Source: Puccinia triticina
Lineage: Eukaryota
NCBI GenBank assembly: GCA_026914245.1
Contig: CP110440.1
Span: 2,232,001-2,296,000 of the forward strand
Reading direction: 5' to 3'
DNA length: 64,000 nucleotides
In this document: piece after piece, positions 10,373 to 21,980 of the stretch
How the letters are laid out: each line of letters opens with the position of its first letter
Numbering within the stretch: the stretch's first letter is position 1
Position numbers and translations under genes: made by a program
Notes under the pieces: model-generated
What the model saw: the letters and a program-made list of their open reading frames with translations, nothing else
Database searches by the model: none
Told to the model about the DNA's origin: nothing

Positions 10373-13300
10373 CTAGTAACGTGTAACAGGTTGCAAGAGC
10401 TTCTGGCCTACAGTACAATCAAAACAGACAGAAAACCTTTGCTCCCATCGCAGAGCATCAGGAGTAGCTTTGGGAGCCCAATCCTTACAAAGAATCTGGG
10501 GAGCAGGAAAGAGGACGGTGGTTTGCATAACAAGGGGAACAAAATGATTGTTGACAAGAGCAATGAAGATGGGTGGGTTATTGTTTGGGGGGCAGAAATG
10601 TGGTAAGAAAGTCTGAGACCAGCCAGTGGAGAAGTAAAAAACCGCTGTCTCAAACGTGTTGGCCATCACATCACCCATTGTTGGAAAAGACATCCACTTA
10701 CTCCTACCCACGGGGCCTTGAGTTGCAGTAAGTCGGTTCACTACGCTGTTGATATTGTGAAAAAATTTGTGGTCGATATACCATTGACGGCGGTTCTTGA
10801 GTTTGTCAATCATTTCTCCCCGGATCCGCATATAATCGCCCTGTCCACGTCCCAAAGCCCAAGCAACCGCTCAGAATCCACAGTGTCCATCCGCATCAAC
10901 ATTTAAGACCTTCAGGACACTTTGTTGAATTAAAATTGGAAGGGACGAAATGAACGAAGGAATTTCCGGAGGTTCTTGCTCAGCGGGGACTTCAGGAGCC
11001 GGTTCGACTGGCGGTGGAGGAGAGGTTACATCTGGCGTTGGAGGAGATGGAGATGGAGGGAGCCGGTGAGCTTTCTTGATTGGGCGGAATTTCCTCTTGG
11101 GTACCGGTTGTTCTTCATCTTCAGAGACATCTTCCTGCTTTTTTGGTGGTGCGGGCTTTTGCTGGCGGGTTTTTGGCGGGGGCTGTTTTTCTGAAGGTTT
11201 CTTTGTTGGAGGCCGCGGCGATGGGTTGTCTAGAGGTTTTTCTGGCGGGGGTGGGGATGATTCTGGCTCTTTTGGCGGGGCTGGTTTGCTTTTGCGCGCG
11301 GGAAGTACCTTCTTCTTCAATGGTTCTTCTGCAACTGATTTTGTGATGGGGGGGCGTCCTCTCTTTGGTTTCTGATCTTCAATCATCTTTTCATCTTCTT
11401 TTTTCTTCGCGGCGGCCTTCTGTGGTTCAATCTTGGCTTTCTTGTTCTTCTGAACTTGTTTCTCTTCAATTTGTCGCTTTTTTTCGACATGTTCGAAGGC
11501 AGACGGGTCCCGGCGAGTTGTTTTGGGTTTGTTTGGCGCCCCTTTGGGTCTTCCGCGCGTTTTTTGGGCTTCAGTTGGCAGCTTGATGTCAATTACGGTC
11601 CCTGTGCCCTCAAGAATGCGGTTGATTGCGGCCAATTGAAGGTCAAGCTGGGCGGGGTTCATCGCAAGGAGTTTCTCTTTGATGGAGTCAATGGTTGAGA
11701 GGGCCTCTTCCTTTTTGTGTTTTGGGGTGGGGCGCATGCTCTAGATCAGAGGGAGGGACAGACAGTGAGAGTTAGCTCCAAAATATTCCCGACCCCCATG
11801 ATTTTTCACCCGACTCCCGGGATTAATTTCCCGACTCCCATAATTAAATTCCCGACTCCCAGAATTAAAAATCCGACTCCCAGAATTAAAATGACGATGT
11901 CCAAGGCAAATGCGCGCTTCTGCGCGCCAAGACCGCAAATGACCAAAGAAGGAAAAAAGAGCGCAAGATTAAATAAGAAGCGTGGCTCACCTGAATATGC
12001 CATTGGGCATGAAACAACCCAGGGCTAAGCCTCTCGCCCGCGGCCATGATTTCAGCAATTTGGTGCTTGCAAGGGATCCCCATGCGATCCGAATAATCAC
12101 CATGGCACCAATCCTTTTCTCCAAGGTTTTTGGCTTCCAAGAAATTGTTGAAGGCCTTGCGGAGTGCGTAATTTGTGATAACGCCTCGGCAGTTGTGGAA
12201 CAACTTGGGAAGGTAGCGCAGCGTTGTGATCTTCTGCTGATGGAATTTTGCGGCTATTTCGTGGAATTGAGACTCCAGAGCGTTACTGATGAGCGTAATG
12301 ACTGAGGAAAAGCTGTGCTGGGGGCCGAGAAGATGAGACTTGATGAATGCATGGGCCGATTCCATTCAAGATGTTGTTCGGTTGTCAAAATGCGCCAAAT
12401 TTTGAGTCCAACTGTTTGAATAATGCTCCGCAACAGGGAGCCAGGTTTCTGTGACGTATTTTTGGAAAGCTGGACCGTATTTTATTGAGAATTGGTTGAA
12501 AGACGAGCGGAAATCAGCCTGAGTTTGCAATTTTACCAAATTTGACCAATAACCAAGCATTTCCTTCTCTTGAGCTTGATCCTTGATTAATTTTGAGGCT
12601 TTGGCGAGGAGATTCTTCTGGATATGCCACGCGCAGAGCATGAGATCGGCGTTGGGGAAGGTAGCATGGAGGGAGTTCATCAGCGCTTGTTCTCAATCAG
12701 TAAGGACGACAGCCGGGAGAGGAATATTGTGGGATTTGAAGACCGCTAGCAAAGCTTTGAGAGCCCAATTGTAGAATATTTTGGTTTCCTCAGCCATGAA
12801 ACAGAAAGCCACGCTGAAAGTCTTGTTTGCGCCGGTGATTCCTGACACATGCAGCAAGGGCATCCGGTATTTTTTTGTCTTGTACGTGCAATCGAGAAGG
12901 ATGACGTGGTGGTAGGCCGTGAGCAATTCGACAGATTGTGCGTGACAAAAGAATAGCGCCTTGAGTGTGCCTTCATTGTTGACTTTTGTGTCAGTGGTGA
13001 AATCTGTGTTGTGTAAAGTTTGGTTGAGATGAGCCACGGGGCTGAGACCTTGGAGAGATTCTAGTTGAGCCTTCCTGCGGGCCGCGTAGATGGTACTGAC
13101 AGTTGCTAGAATTTTTTTGTTGGGGTGAGTCTTCTTGAGTGCTTCTAGAATAGCTGCGGGTCTTAAGCCAGATTCACCAAGTTTCTTCATTTCTTCGTAC
13201 AGTGACGGAGTCAGCTTTCTATTTGAAGTGTGGGCGGCAGCATACAAGGACGGCGGATGGTTGTGACACGGGTTCTTGATGGATAATTTCCAGACATTGG

Positions 13301-14401
13301 TCTTCTTCTGGAAGTAGGCCGCGGCGGCAAACGGGCAGTTGATTAATCTTGTTGATTCAGTCTTGGCGTGCGCTTCGCCAGGTCGTCTATTTTGATCTGG
13401 ATGCCCGCCCCTAAAATTCAAAAAAATAGATGAATAATATCAGCCCACAGCTAAAGCCAATGGGAGTTGAAAAAAAATTGTGGGAGTTGGAAAATTAAAC
13501 ATGGGAGTTGGAAAATAAACTTTGGGAGTCGGGTAACAAAAAATGGGAGTCGGAAGATTAAAAATGGGAGTCGGGAAGTAAAAAACCGGAGTCGGGACAA
13601 AAATTGTGAAAAATTTGCAAGGTGAAGTTTTTTGCGGCAAAAGAAAGGTGCACACTGGCACAAGAGATCAAAAAATAACAAAAAAACTCACCTGTCACAC
13701 TTCCAGGTCTTGCTTTTCCCCGCTACACTCCTCCTGGTAGCAATGCCATACCCGTGATGGACAGCGACATCTCTTAGCACAGCGGTTATCTCCTCCAGAT
13801 TTGCGTAATCACCAGCGGGAGGCACGGGAAATGTGTAACGGGGATCGCCGGTCTCCGGATCAACCTCGAATTCGTCTTCATTGAAATTCACCACAAATTG
13901 TGCCGCAGGATCTTCGGCGTCTTCTTCTTCTGCGTCTGTATGGTACTCCTCATTGTTGTCTCTCTTCTCAGTTTTCTCAGATATATCCTCAGAATTTTTT
14001 TGAGCTTTTTCTTTGTGATTTTTGATCTTTTTTTGGTTGATTTCTTCTTTTTCTTGATTTTTTTTTGGTTTTTCTTCATTTTTCGCGGTTTTTTCATTTC
14101 TAGCAGGGGTTTCATCTAATGTAAAACTTTCACTAGTTTTTTCAAGGATATCTAAACAAGATTCTAACAATATTTCAGCTTTTAACTCATTATAAATTTG
14201 ATCTTGAGTTTCTTCTTTCTCTTTGTTTTGATCATCATCTTCAGAGTCTTCTTTTTCTTCACTTTCTTTATCTTCATCGTCATTTTTTTGGGCTAGGAGT
14301 TCTTGGGTCAGTTTGAGCAGATCCGGGTCCAAGTTCGCGTCCGAGTGCGAGTGAGAGGCCGGGGAGGCTATTTCCGTGAGGGGGAGCGCGTTTTGTGACA
14401 T
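10373..14401 (-). pseudogene. MULE transposase with SWIM-like Zn finger and C-terminal OTU-like protease domain; 2 introns, 3 premature TGA stops
   Basis: Motifs LLDCTYKTKKYRMPLLHVSG, LTD*EQALMN, LCAWHI, TTS*MESAH, MGIPCKH and DGHCGF*AVA. Introns at about 13411-13691 and 11741-11990. Confidence 0.9.
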
Positions 14402-16759
14402 TCTGAGCGTCTAGATCGTCTAGATAGGCGTGCGGTGAGCGTACGTTCGGGGGGATCAATCGATTGAGGCTAGTCGTCTCGTCTAGTCGGGTTGGCGGTT
14501 TGATCTGGGAGTCAGCGTGCACGGTTGTGGGTGCGCGAGATCCACGTCGACTCCCCCGGGATGGCTTTAGGGGGTTGACTCCCGCTTTGAAGCGGGGAAT
14601 TAGTATTCCGACTCCCCGGTGGGGGGTCCGAAAAAATAATCTTGATTAATTAATGAAATTAATTAATCAACTCCCAGCCTGGCCGTCGGAATTAATATTC
14701 CGACTCCCAAAATGCTTTTGGGGCCGCGCGAGGTCGCGCGGACCCAGGGGAGACGTCCCGGGAAGGTCCGCGCGACGTAAACGACTTTTGGGAGTCAATT
14801 TATTAATTCCTGGGAGTCGATTTTTCAACTCCCTACAAAAAAAAGCACATACTACATAAAAAATGACAAAAAAAACCCACTCCCAGCCACCCAGCGCAGC
14901 AAGCTGACGCACCGTGGCCCAACGCCCATCCCTGTCTAGCAGGGTTAAAAAGCATTGGGAAGAGGACCCCCAGCCCGAAAGCACAGGGGGGCCCCCGAAT
15001 ATCCCCCGCCAGACTGCGCACATGCAACAGCGGACGAGGGTGAGACAACCCTCAAGCTGGAAGTACAGCACAAGAGCCGCCTGAGGAATCAACCTGGCCT
15101 CCGACCCCCCCCCCCCCTACTTATACTCGTCTCAACCCGCCGTCCAAAGACTCCAGGCCACGCCCACATGCTCGCAACCCCAACGCTATGCAACTACCGC
15201 GGTATTTCCCCGCTGGGCACCTGAAACGTACGTTGACACTCATATGTACATCCTTCCCCTAGGCAATACACGCAACCCACCTCAACCCTTACTGCCACCG
15301 CTAATGTAATGTAATTTTCTGGCCTGTGTTGGATCACGTCTGGTGAGCCCTTCTCTCTTTCCAGTGAGCCCGGCCTCCGTGCGTACGGCATCAGCGGCGG
15401 GCGCCCATCTCAAGCAGGCCAGGGCTGCCCCTCCCCAGTCCGTATTTGTAACGTGTTCCGCCTCCAGCCAGCCCAGTCCCACGGCCCAATGCAGGAGGCT
15501 TGCCAGAAGGACTGGCCACTGTATCAATCTTTTCCCCAGCCTTGGCCGTCTGTTCTCACCGACATACAATGCCTTTCCCCCCCCTCGTTTCAGCGTCCTC
15601 TGGCCCATACACACACCTCCTCCTTTGTATAGCCTCCGAAACACGATGGCCCGCTATGGGACTCCTGTCCGTGCTAGGCGGCGGCAGTCGTGTGAGGGGA
15701 GATTTGCTGTTTAGGCTGCCCTCGTGGCTGGATGGTCTGTAGGAATGAGCGCTGGAAAATGGGGGGGATCTGGGATAGCTGTGGGTGTGTGGTGGTTTTG
15801 AGAGGTTCGCCGGGGGGTTTGGATCCTCGGCGGCGGTTGTTTTGTTGATGAGGGGATGAGGAGTGATCTTAAAAAAAAGAAAGGGAAGGGAATATGAGAC
15901 TCTCGATGAAAGATGATCGGCGGGCAGAGCCCAAAGTTGAAACTCTGAAGATATGATCTATAAACTCTTGATGGTCCGTATTCTGGGGATCAGAATGCCA
16001 TGCCCACCCATCATCCAAGTTCGAGCGGAACTTGGACTCCGGGCGACATGTCACATACATTTCATCACATCCTCCGCGCGCTACACGCGCGCACACACAA
16101 ACGGCCAACAGAAACAAAGAAACAAGGAAGAAAAGAAACAACACAAGGGGACATAAAGAAAAACACAGTGAGATAAGACAGAAAGAAAAGAGTCGGAGAG
16201 AAGACAGGAAAGCAAAAAAAAAAAAAAAAAGAACAGAAGGAGGAAAGGAAGAGATGGGCAAACAAACAGAAGAGAAGAAAACCAGGAACAAACAGGAGAA
16301 TAAACCCACAGCAGGTGCTGTGTTAGGACCAAGAAGCTGAAGGGGGCTGGGAATTGAGAATGAGAGGAGTTGGGGATAGAAAGAGGGAAAAGGAAAAAAG
16401 GGGGGGGGGGAACATTCTTGAGGTCTGGAGGATCTTGAAGGAGAGAGGATCTTGATGTTTTGGATTCTTGATGCCTTGATGAGTCTTGATGCTCCTGACT
16501 AGCTGGCCACGAGAGGGGCCACCACACCGCTCCCTGCCAAGCCTTGCTCCGTGTCTTACCACAGCCTGCTGACTGCCCTTCCTGCCCCAAACCCTCCCAA
16601 ACCATGCCCTAGAAGCGCTATAAGCCTCTGTCCCCCTCCCCTCCCCCCCATCCCCATCCCGCTGGCCATCCTTTTCTTCTCCCGCACAGAACGCATCCAC
16701 GCTGCGCCAGGATGGGCTCTGCTCCCATTGACTACCGCCTCGTGTTCTCGACAGTAAGC

Positions 16760-18023
16760 CCCTACCCACCAGAAGCCCAGGCACGGAGAGCTGACCCGTC
16801 TGGCCCCCCACAGTTCCGCCAGGACTACGGCCCGGTCGTCTTCACCCACTACGTCCTGGCCCCGCTGGCCAGTGGGCATTGTCGTCCTGCTCGTCTTCGC
16901 CTACCTGACCGACCTGCTCATCGACCTGCTCCCCTTCACCTTCCCCTCCCAGGTACATCTGTTTCCCTTCAAAAAACCCCGCCCCATCCCAGCGCTGACC
17001 TCTGCGGGCCCACCGATGTGCAGGCTATCGCCATGATCCTGCTCTTCCTCCTCCACAGTTCTCGCCCCACTTCCTGTTCCACCACGTCCACTCCTTCCTC
17101 CACCCCGCAGCCGACTTCCTGCTCGCATGTATGGGCCTCTTCTTCACCTCCTCCTTCATCCTGTGAGCCCCCCTCCCCCCCATAGCCTTCGAAAAAAAGA
17201 GTACTGAAGTGTGTGTGGCAGGATCCCGCGGCGGGACGTGATGCCGGGGAAAGAGATCGGGCTGATCGCGGCCCTGTTCCTGCCGAGTCTGCTGGTCACC
17301 TGGGCGGCCACGGTGGTGTTGGTGAAGGCGCTGGCGTTCGTGTGGCCGCAGGCGCCGGTGGATGCGCCGGAGGACAACAACGCTGACGTGCTGTCGTCGG
17401 ACGGCGGGTCGAGCCGGGCGAGCGATGCCAGCGCGCGGCCGCGCAAGCGAGCTTAACTAAGCCTCTCCAAGGAGGCGCGAAGCGTCTCCGAAGGGAGGTC
17501 GCTGCGCTCCCCCGAGGAGGGACTTGTGTTAAGTTCTCCGCGCAAGCCGCACAGCCGCTACTCCGGCTCCCAGCACCACGAGCAGGCCGAGGACGCCGGC
17601 CTGGCGTCCGCCGAGGCCGGCCGCTCCGCCCCCGCCTCCACCCACAGCGCCATCGAGATCCGCGAGCCCCCCGCGCCGCCCGGAAACCCGCGCTTGGCGC
17701 TTGACAACACCCTCACCTTGATCGCCACCGAGCCCGTCGACGACGACAAGAAGAGCCTCGGGGAGGACGAGAAGGCCTGGCCGGAGCGCAGTCTGGCCAA
17801 GCTGAAGGACAAGCTGCGGCGCCAGACGCGGCCGGATGGGCCGGCGGAGACGCGGGAGGTCCGGCTGGCGCGCAGACCGCAGGCCTGCTTCGACCCCGCC
17901 GTCTATCTGCTCGTCCTGCTCCCCGGCATCCCGCTGTTCTTCGCGCCCGGCGGCGAGCACCGCACGATGCCCCTGTTCACGGGCGTCGTGGCGCTGGCCT
18001 GGCTGTTCAGCAGACGCGCCGTC
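16760..18023 (+). pseudogene. LrgA/LrgB-like (PLGG1-type) membrane protein pseudogene, 3' truncated
   Basis: Spliced reading gives ..LLPFTFPSQ|AIAMILLFLL..PAADFLLACMGLFFTSSFIL|IPRRDVMPGKEIGLIAALF, resembling the LrgA-like N-terminus of fungal/plant LrgAB fusions (family recognised from memory). Frameshift at ~17055, stop at 17454, cut off by an LTR at 18024. Confidence 0.6.
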
Positions 18024-18975
18024 TGTCAGCCTGTATGTAACTAACCGTGTCTGAGAGGGTTGTTACTATCAAGATGATGGTGTAAGATGCCAAGGATGGG
18101 CCAATGGGTTCGTGGTAAGACCTGTAAAAGGTTTCACTCTATCAGTAATCTTGACTGAGAGGCTTGCTCAATTAAGGCGCATCCAGATCAACACAGAGTG
18201 TTAATAGGCATCCAAGGAATAACTCAACTTGGGTTCGTGGTTTTACCTACAGAAAGGTAAGGGTAATCAAGAGTTGATGTTATTCCTGAATTGAAAGATG
18301 GGTGAGAATGAAGGCACTGTTTAACTATGTATGTGTTAAACCTTGCTATAATAATATTCTGAGGGATAAACAGTCCTGGGGGGCGTGTTTATATAGAGGG
18401 GAAAAGAGCAGGAGGGAACATGAGGCGCTTGGAGGCGCTTCAGGACCAGGGGGGAACTGGAAGCGCTCAATGGAAGCAGATCCTCATGAGGATCAACATT
18501 GGAAATGATCAGGGCAGTGTAATGATCAGTACTGATCCTGGATCAGTAGCTGTGCACACTAGCTGATCATAACCAATCAGTGATTCCATTCAGTGCTCTT
18601 TGAATTGGATTACATCATGTATTGTTTATGTATTTATATCATAACAAATATGTTATGTAAATGGGGACTGAGGCGTAACAGGGGATAAATGAGTGATACC
18701 TGTCTTGGGGTATTTCACGTGTACAGTAATATTACAATGTATTGTAATCTTACTGTTGCACGTAACTTAACTCTCATAACAACAGTACATTATGGTAACT
18801 GTATTTAACTATGGTTATCTGTAATGTAATGTATAACAAGAGTACATTCTTAAGCTTGTATCTAATGATATACATATGTAATAAAGGTGTAAAAATGAAT
18901 GTACTATATGTAATGTGAACAATTGCAGGTACTTGGTACGTGTAAGGTACTGTGACATGTACTCTGTGGCTGACA
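18024..18975 (-). mobile_element. Probable solo LTR
   Basis: Ends TGTCAGCC...GGCTGACA (8-bp inverted). TATA-like TCTATATAAA on the minus strand near 18390. No matching TSD (CCGTC vs GCCAA). Confidence 0.6.
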
Positions 18976-19088
18976 GCCAATGAGGAAGCTCACATTCTGG
19001 CCGAGATTTTCTGATTTTGTAGTTGTTTTCCCTCCACATAGTTTTATCTCTCTCTCTCTCCCACCTCATACATGTTTTTTTTTCCCTT

Positions 19089-19299
19089 CACTGCCAGCAT
19101 ATTTGGCTGGGTTGAAGTCATCCCAGTTTAACTGGGATGCACTCAACCAATTTAAACTTGGTTGATCTCAACCAATTTAATATAAACCCAAGGACCTTGG
19201 ATTTATATTTCATCAGTTCAGATCACCCAAGTTTAAATTGGTTAAGTGCATCCCAGTTTAACTGGGATAACCTTAACCCAGCCAATTGTGCTTGCAGTG
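19089..19299. mobile_element. CACTG-ended MITE (CACTA/EnSpm-like)
   Basis: CACTG...CAGTG ends with ~80-bp imperfect TIRs and 3-bp TSD CTT. Confidence 0.8.
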
Positions 19300-21980
19300 C
19301 TTTTACCTCTACCCTTCCCCTTTTTTCCTCTCACAATGGCCACTGATATGCAATGTAGTACGGATACCCTGGTGGTACTCCTATGACATCTGACGGATTG
19401 TAAGCCGGTGTGCACAATCTGGAGCCCGCAATGTACCTCCCATGAGCCCGATGAGCCCATCAGATTAGTGGAGCGCACCATGAACCCACGTGGAACCAAC
19501 CACTTGTTGGATAGTGGGGCACCCGTGGGCGCTGCAAATGTTTTGTATCACAGGGAGGCTTCAAGGTGATGGAATTTTGCCATTTCCTCTTACTTACACC
19601 TCTAAAACATTGTTTCATGTCATTCTCAAAAGCATTGCCAGTATCCTTGTTAGTACAGATTTTATCACACCAAGTATTCATTGAACCGTGAGTAGTAGAT
19701 AATATCTTGTCATACTTGTTATCACGCATAGTCTCAGAGATAGTATAGATGAAACTTGTCTTGATCATAAAAATTTCATTATTCTTGTCAGCGGTGGTGA
19801 TACCAAGACTAGGGTCTTCTAGCTACACCAGCTGCAAGGAGTACAGTATAGTACTCTAAGGACAGATGAATAGCTCGGATTCTGGGATAAAATACCGGAG
19901 CAAAGGAATGATATTTTTAGGTTTTAAGCGGAGGGGCTTAACTCAAAGAGCTAAGGGTGTTTAAGTGCCCTCGGTAACTATTCAGGGCCTGTAGAACAGG
20001 GGTGGTAGAATGCCTGAAGCAGCGGGGGCCTGGAATTCAGGTTTGGTTCGCTGGAATAACCCCTGAACAGATCTTTTCTAACAAAAGGATCCGAGAGAAA
20101 TAAGGAAACTTGAGCAGACTCACTAAGAACCTAGGATTTCGAGGAAGCTATCTGAGGGTCGGCTGAAAGTTCCTTATGCGATGAACAGCGGAATCTAGCG
20201 GTGAGGCGATGAGAAGCGTACCACCACGTAAACTCTAAGACTTCAGGCTAATCTGACAAGACGAATGAGTAATCAGGACGGATTTGAGGTCGAGTGGTTA
20301 CTGGGAAGGTTTTGTTGGGTTGTGTGAAGATGTCCTTTCTCCTTTGGCAGAGAAGAGTCTCTTTATATAGCATTCTCTATGGATCTCTTACTTCACTGTA
20401 GAGATCCAGGTCTCCAGGGATCATTCGCAACTTTTAGCCGGAGCTCGTCTCTTTGTCATGACTTCTTGTCACGGAGATGAGCCCTTCTCTTTTAGGGAAG
20501 CTAAGATGAGCGCTTTCTATGTTACCGCGAATCTTTTTGTAATGTTTTGCCCATGTCTTTTTTTTAGTGATCATAGTCGCATGTCTTCAGTCGCGAGTGT
20601 AGCAGCTTTCTTGAGCTATCATAGTCTCAAACGTTTTCTTTTTTTTAGTCTTTTTCTTATGGATTTTTTGTATTTTTGCGCCTGCTTTCTTATTTTAAGG
20701 AGGCGCTTTTTATTTATGTATTTTTTTCTTTATACTTAGATTTTTTGTATGCTAAAAAAGAAAGTGCTTTTTAATATTTTATTTATTGTCCAGCTAGCTC
20801 TGGTACAGTAGCTAGCTGAAAATTCTATTGTTTTCCAACCACTTGTTGGCTGGTTATTTTTAGTCTATTTAAAGCCAGCCTACAACAAGAAATTACACTC
20901 ATTGGTTCTCTCCTTCATTCTCCGCGCCCCAACCTGAGCCGCATCATCCTCATTGCTCCCCTTTCTCAAGCCTTAGATCTCATCTCCTTTCCCCACTCTT
21001 CTTTGTGCAGCAGTAACCATTCTAATTTCTAACACAAGGTGTCCACGGAAAGCTCATGATGGCATCTGTGGATTTCTTGGGTTGATCCGGTCGAGGCCAC
21101 CCCTGAGATATGGGTGGTGACCTCGTGATACCCTGGACCGTCACCTGCAGGTCCAACCTTGCGCACAGGTTCCTGAGGAATCCTCAGAGATTTTCAGTTA
21201 GGTGCACGTGGAGGTACTCCCAGGGTGTATACACGGCGGGGGTACTTCCTGCCCCGCCCGTTTGTGGAACCGATGAGAGGAGGGTAATCCGTGGAACCAA
21301 CAAGGATCGGCTCAGTAACCCCTTGGTAAGCTCGTCGGTTCCACAAAACAGGCACTATGAAAAAAACTCAAGAAACCGGTGGCAGTTGACATGCGGCATA
21401 CTGGAGTCAATACTCAATTAGAACCAGGTTCATACGAATGAATCCCAGGCTGGAACAGCCTGGAATATTTGGAATTTGCACAACATCATTCTAGTGCACA
21501 GTGCACTAGACAAGACTGAGCTCTGAGGCAATTGCTCAGCTGGGATCCATGGTCTCTGAGGCAAATGCTCAGGAGATCCATGGTTTGCCAACCTGGGCTT
21601 GTTAGCCAGCATCAGCCCCTCCTGCCTCTTGTTGTCCGGGTGGAATGCCTCCCCCTCAAGAAGCTCCTGGTCAACAATGGAACCATGTCGACCAGGAGCA
21701 GACAACAACATACAATAGGTGGCCGGGGCAGTACCTCCCGGCCAACAACATCCACCTGTCGACCAGGAGGAATCCCTCCCGGTCGACATCACCATCCAGC
21801 CATCGAGTGGTGATGTACACAACCCACTCGATGACCGGCACACACCGGTCATCGAGTGGACTGAGACCCACTCGCTCTCAATGACTGGCTTGTGCCAGTC
21901 ATCAAGAGGTACACAACCCACTCAATGCCGGCACATACCGGTCATCGAGTGGACTGAGACCCACTTGATGACCGGCATAC

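Larger units (their letters stand above)
8701..14833 (-). mobile_element. Mutator-like element (MULE), full length but inactivated
   Basis: TIRs of about 150 bp (GGGAGTTGAAAAATCGACTCCC...). 8-bp TSD TACAAAAA at 8693-8700 and 14834-14841. Internal transposase gene. Confidence 0.93.

Noticed and set aside
19786..20810. Possible solo LTR with a TATA-like motif at ~20360
   Set aside because: No consistent terminus or TSD could be found.
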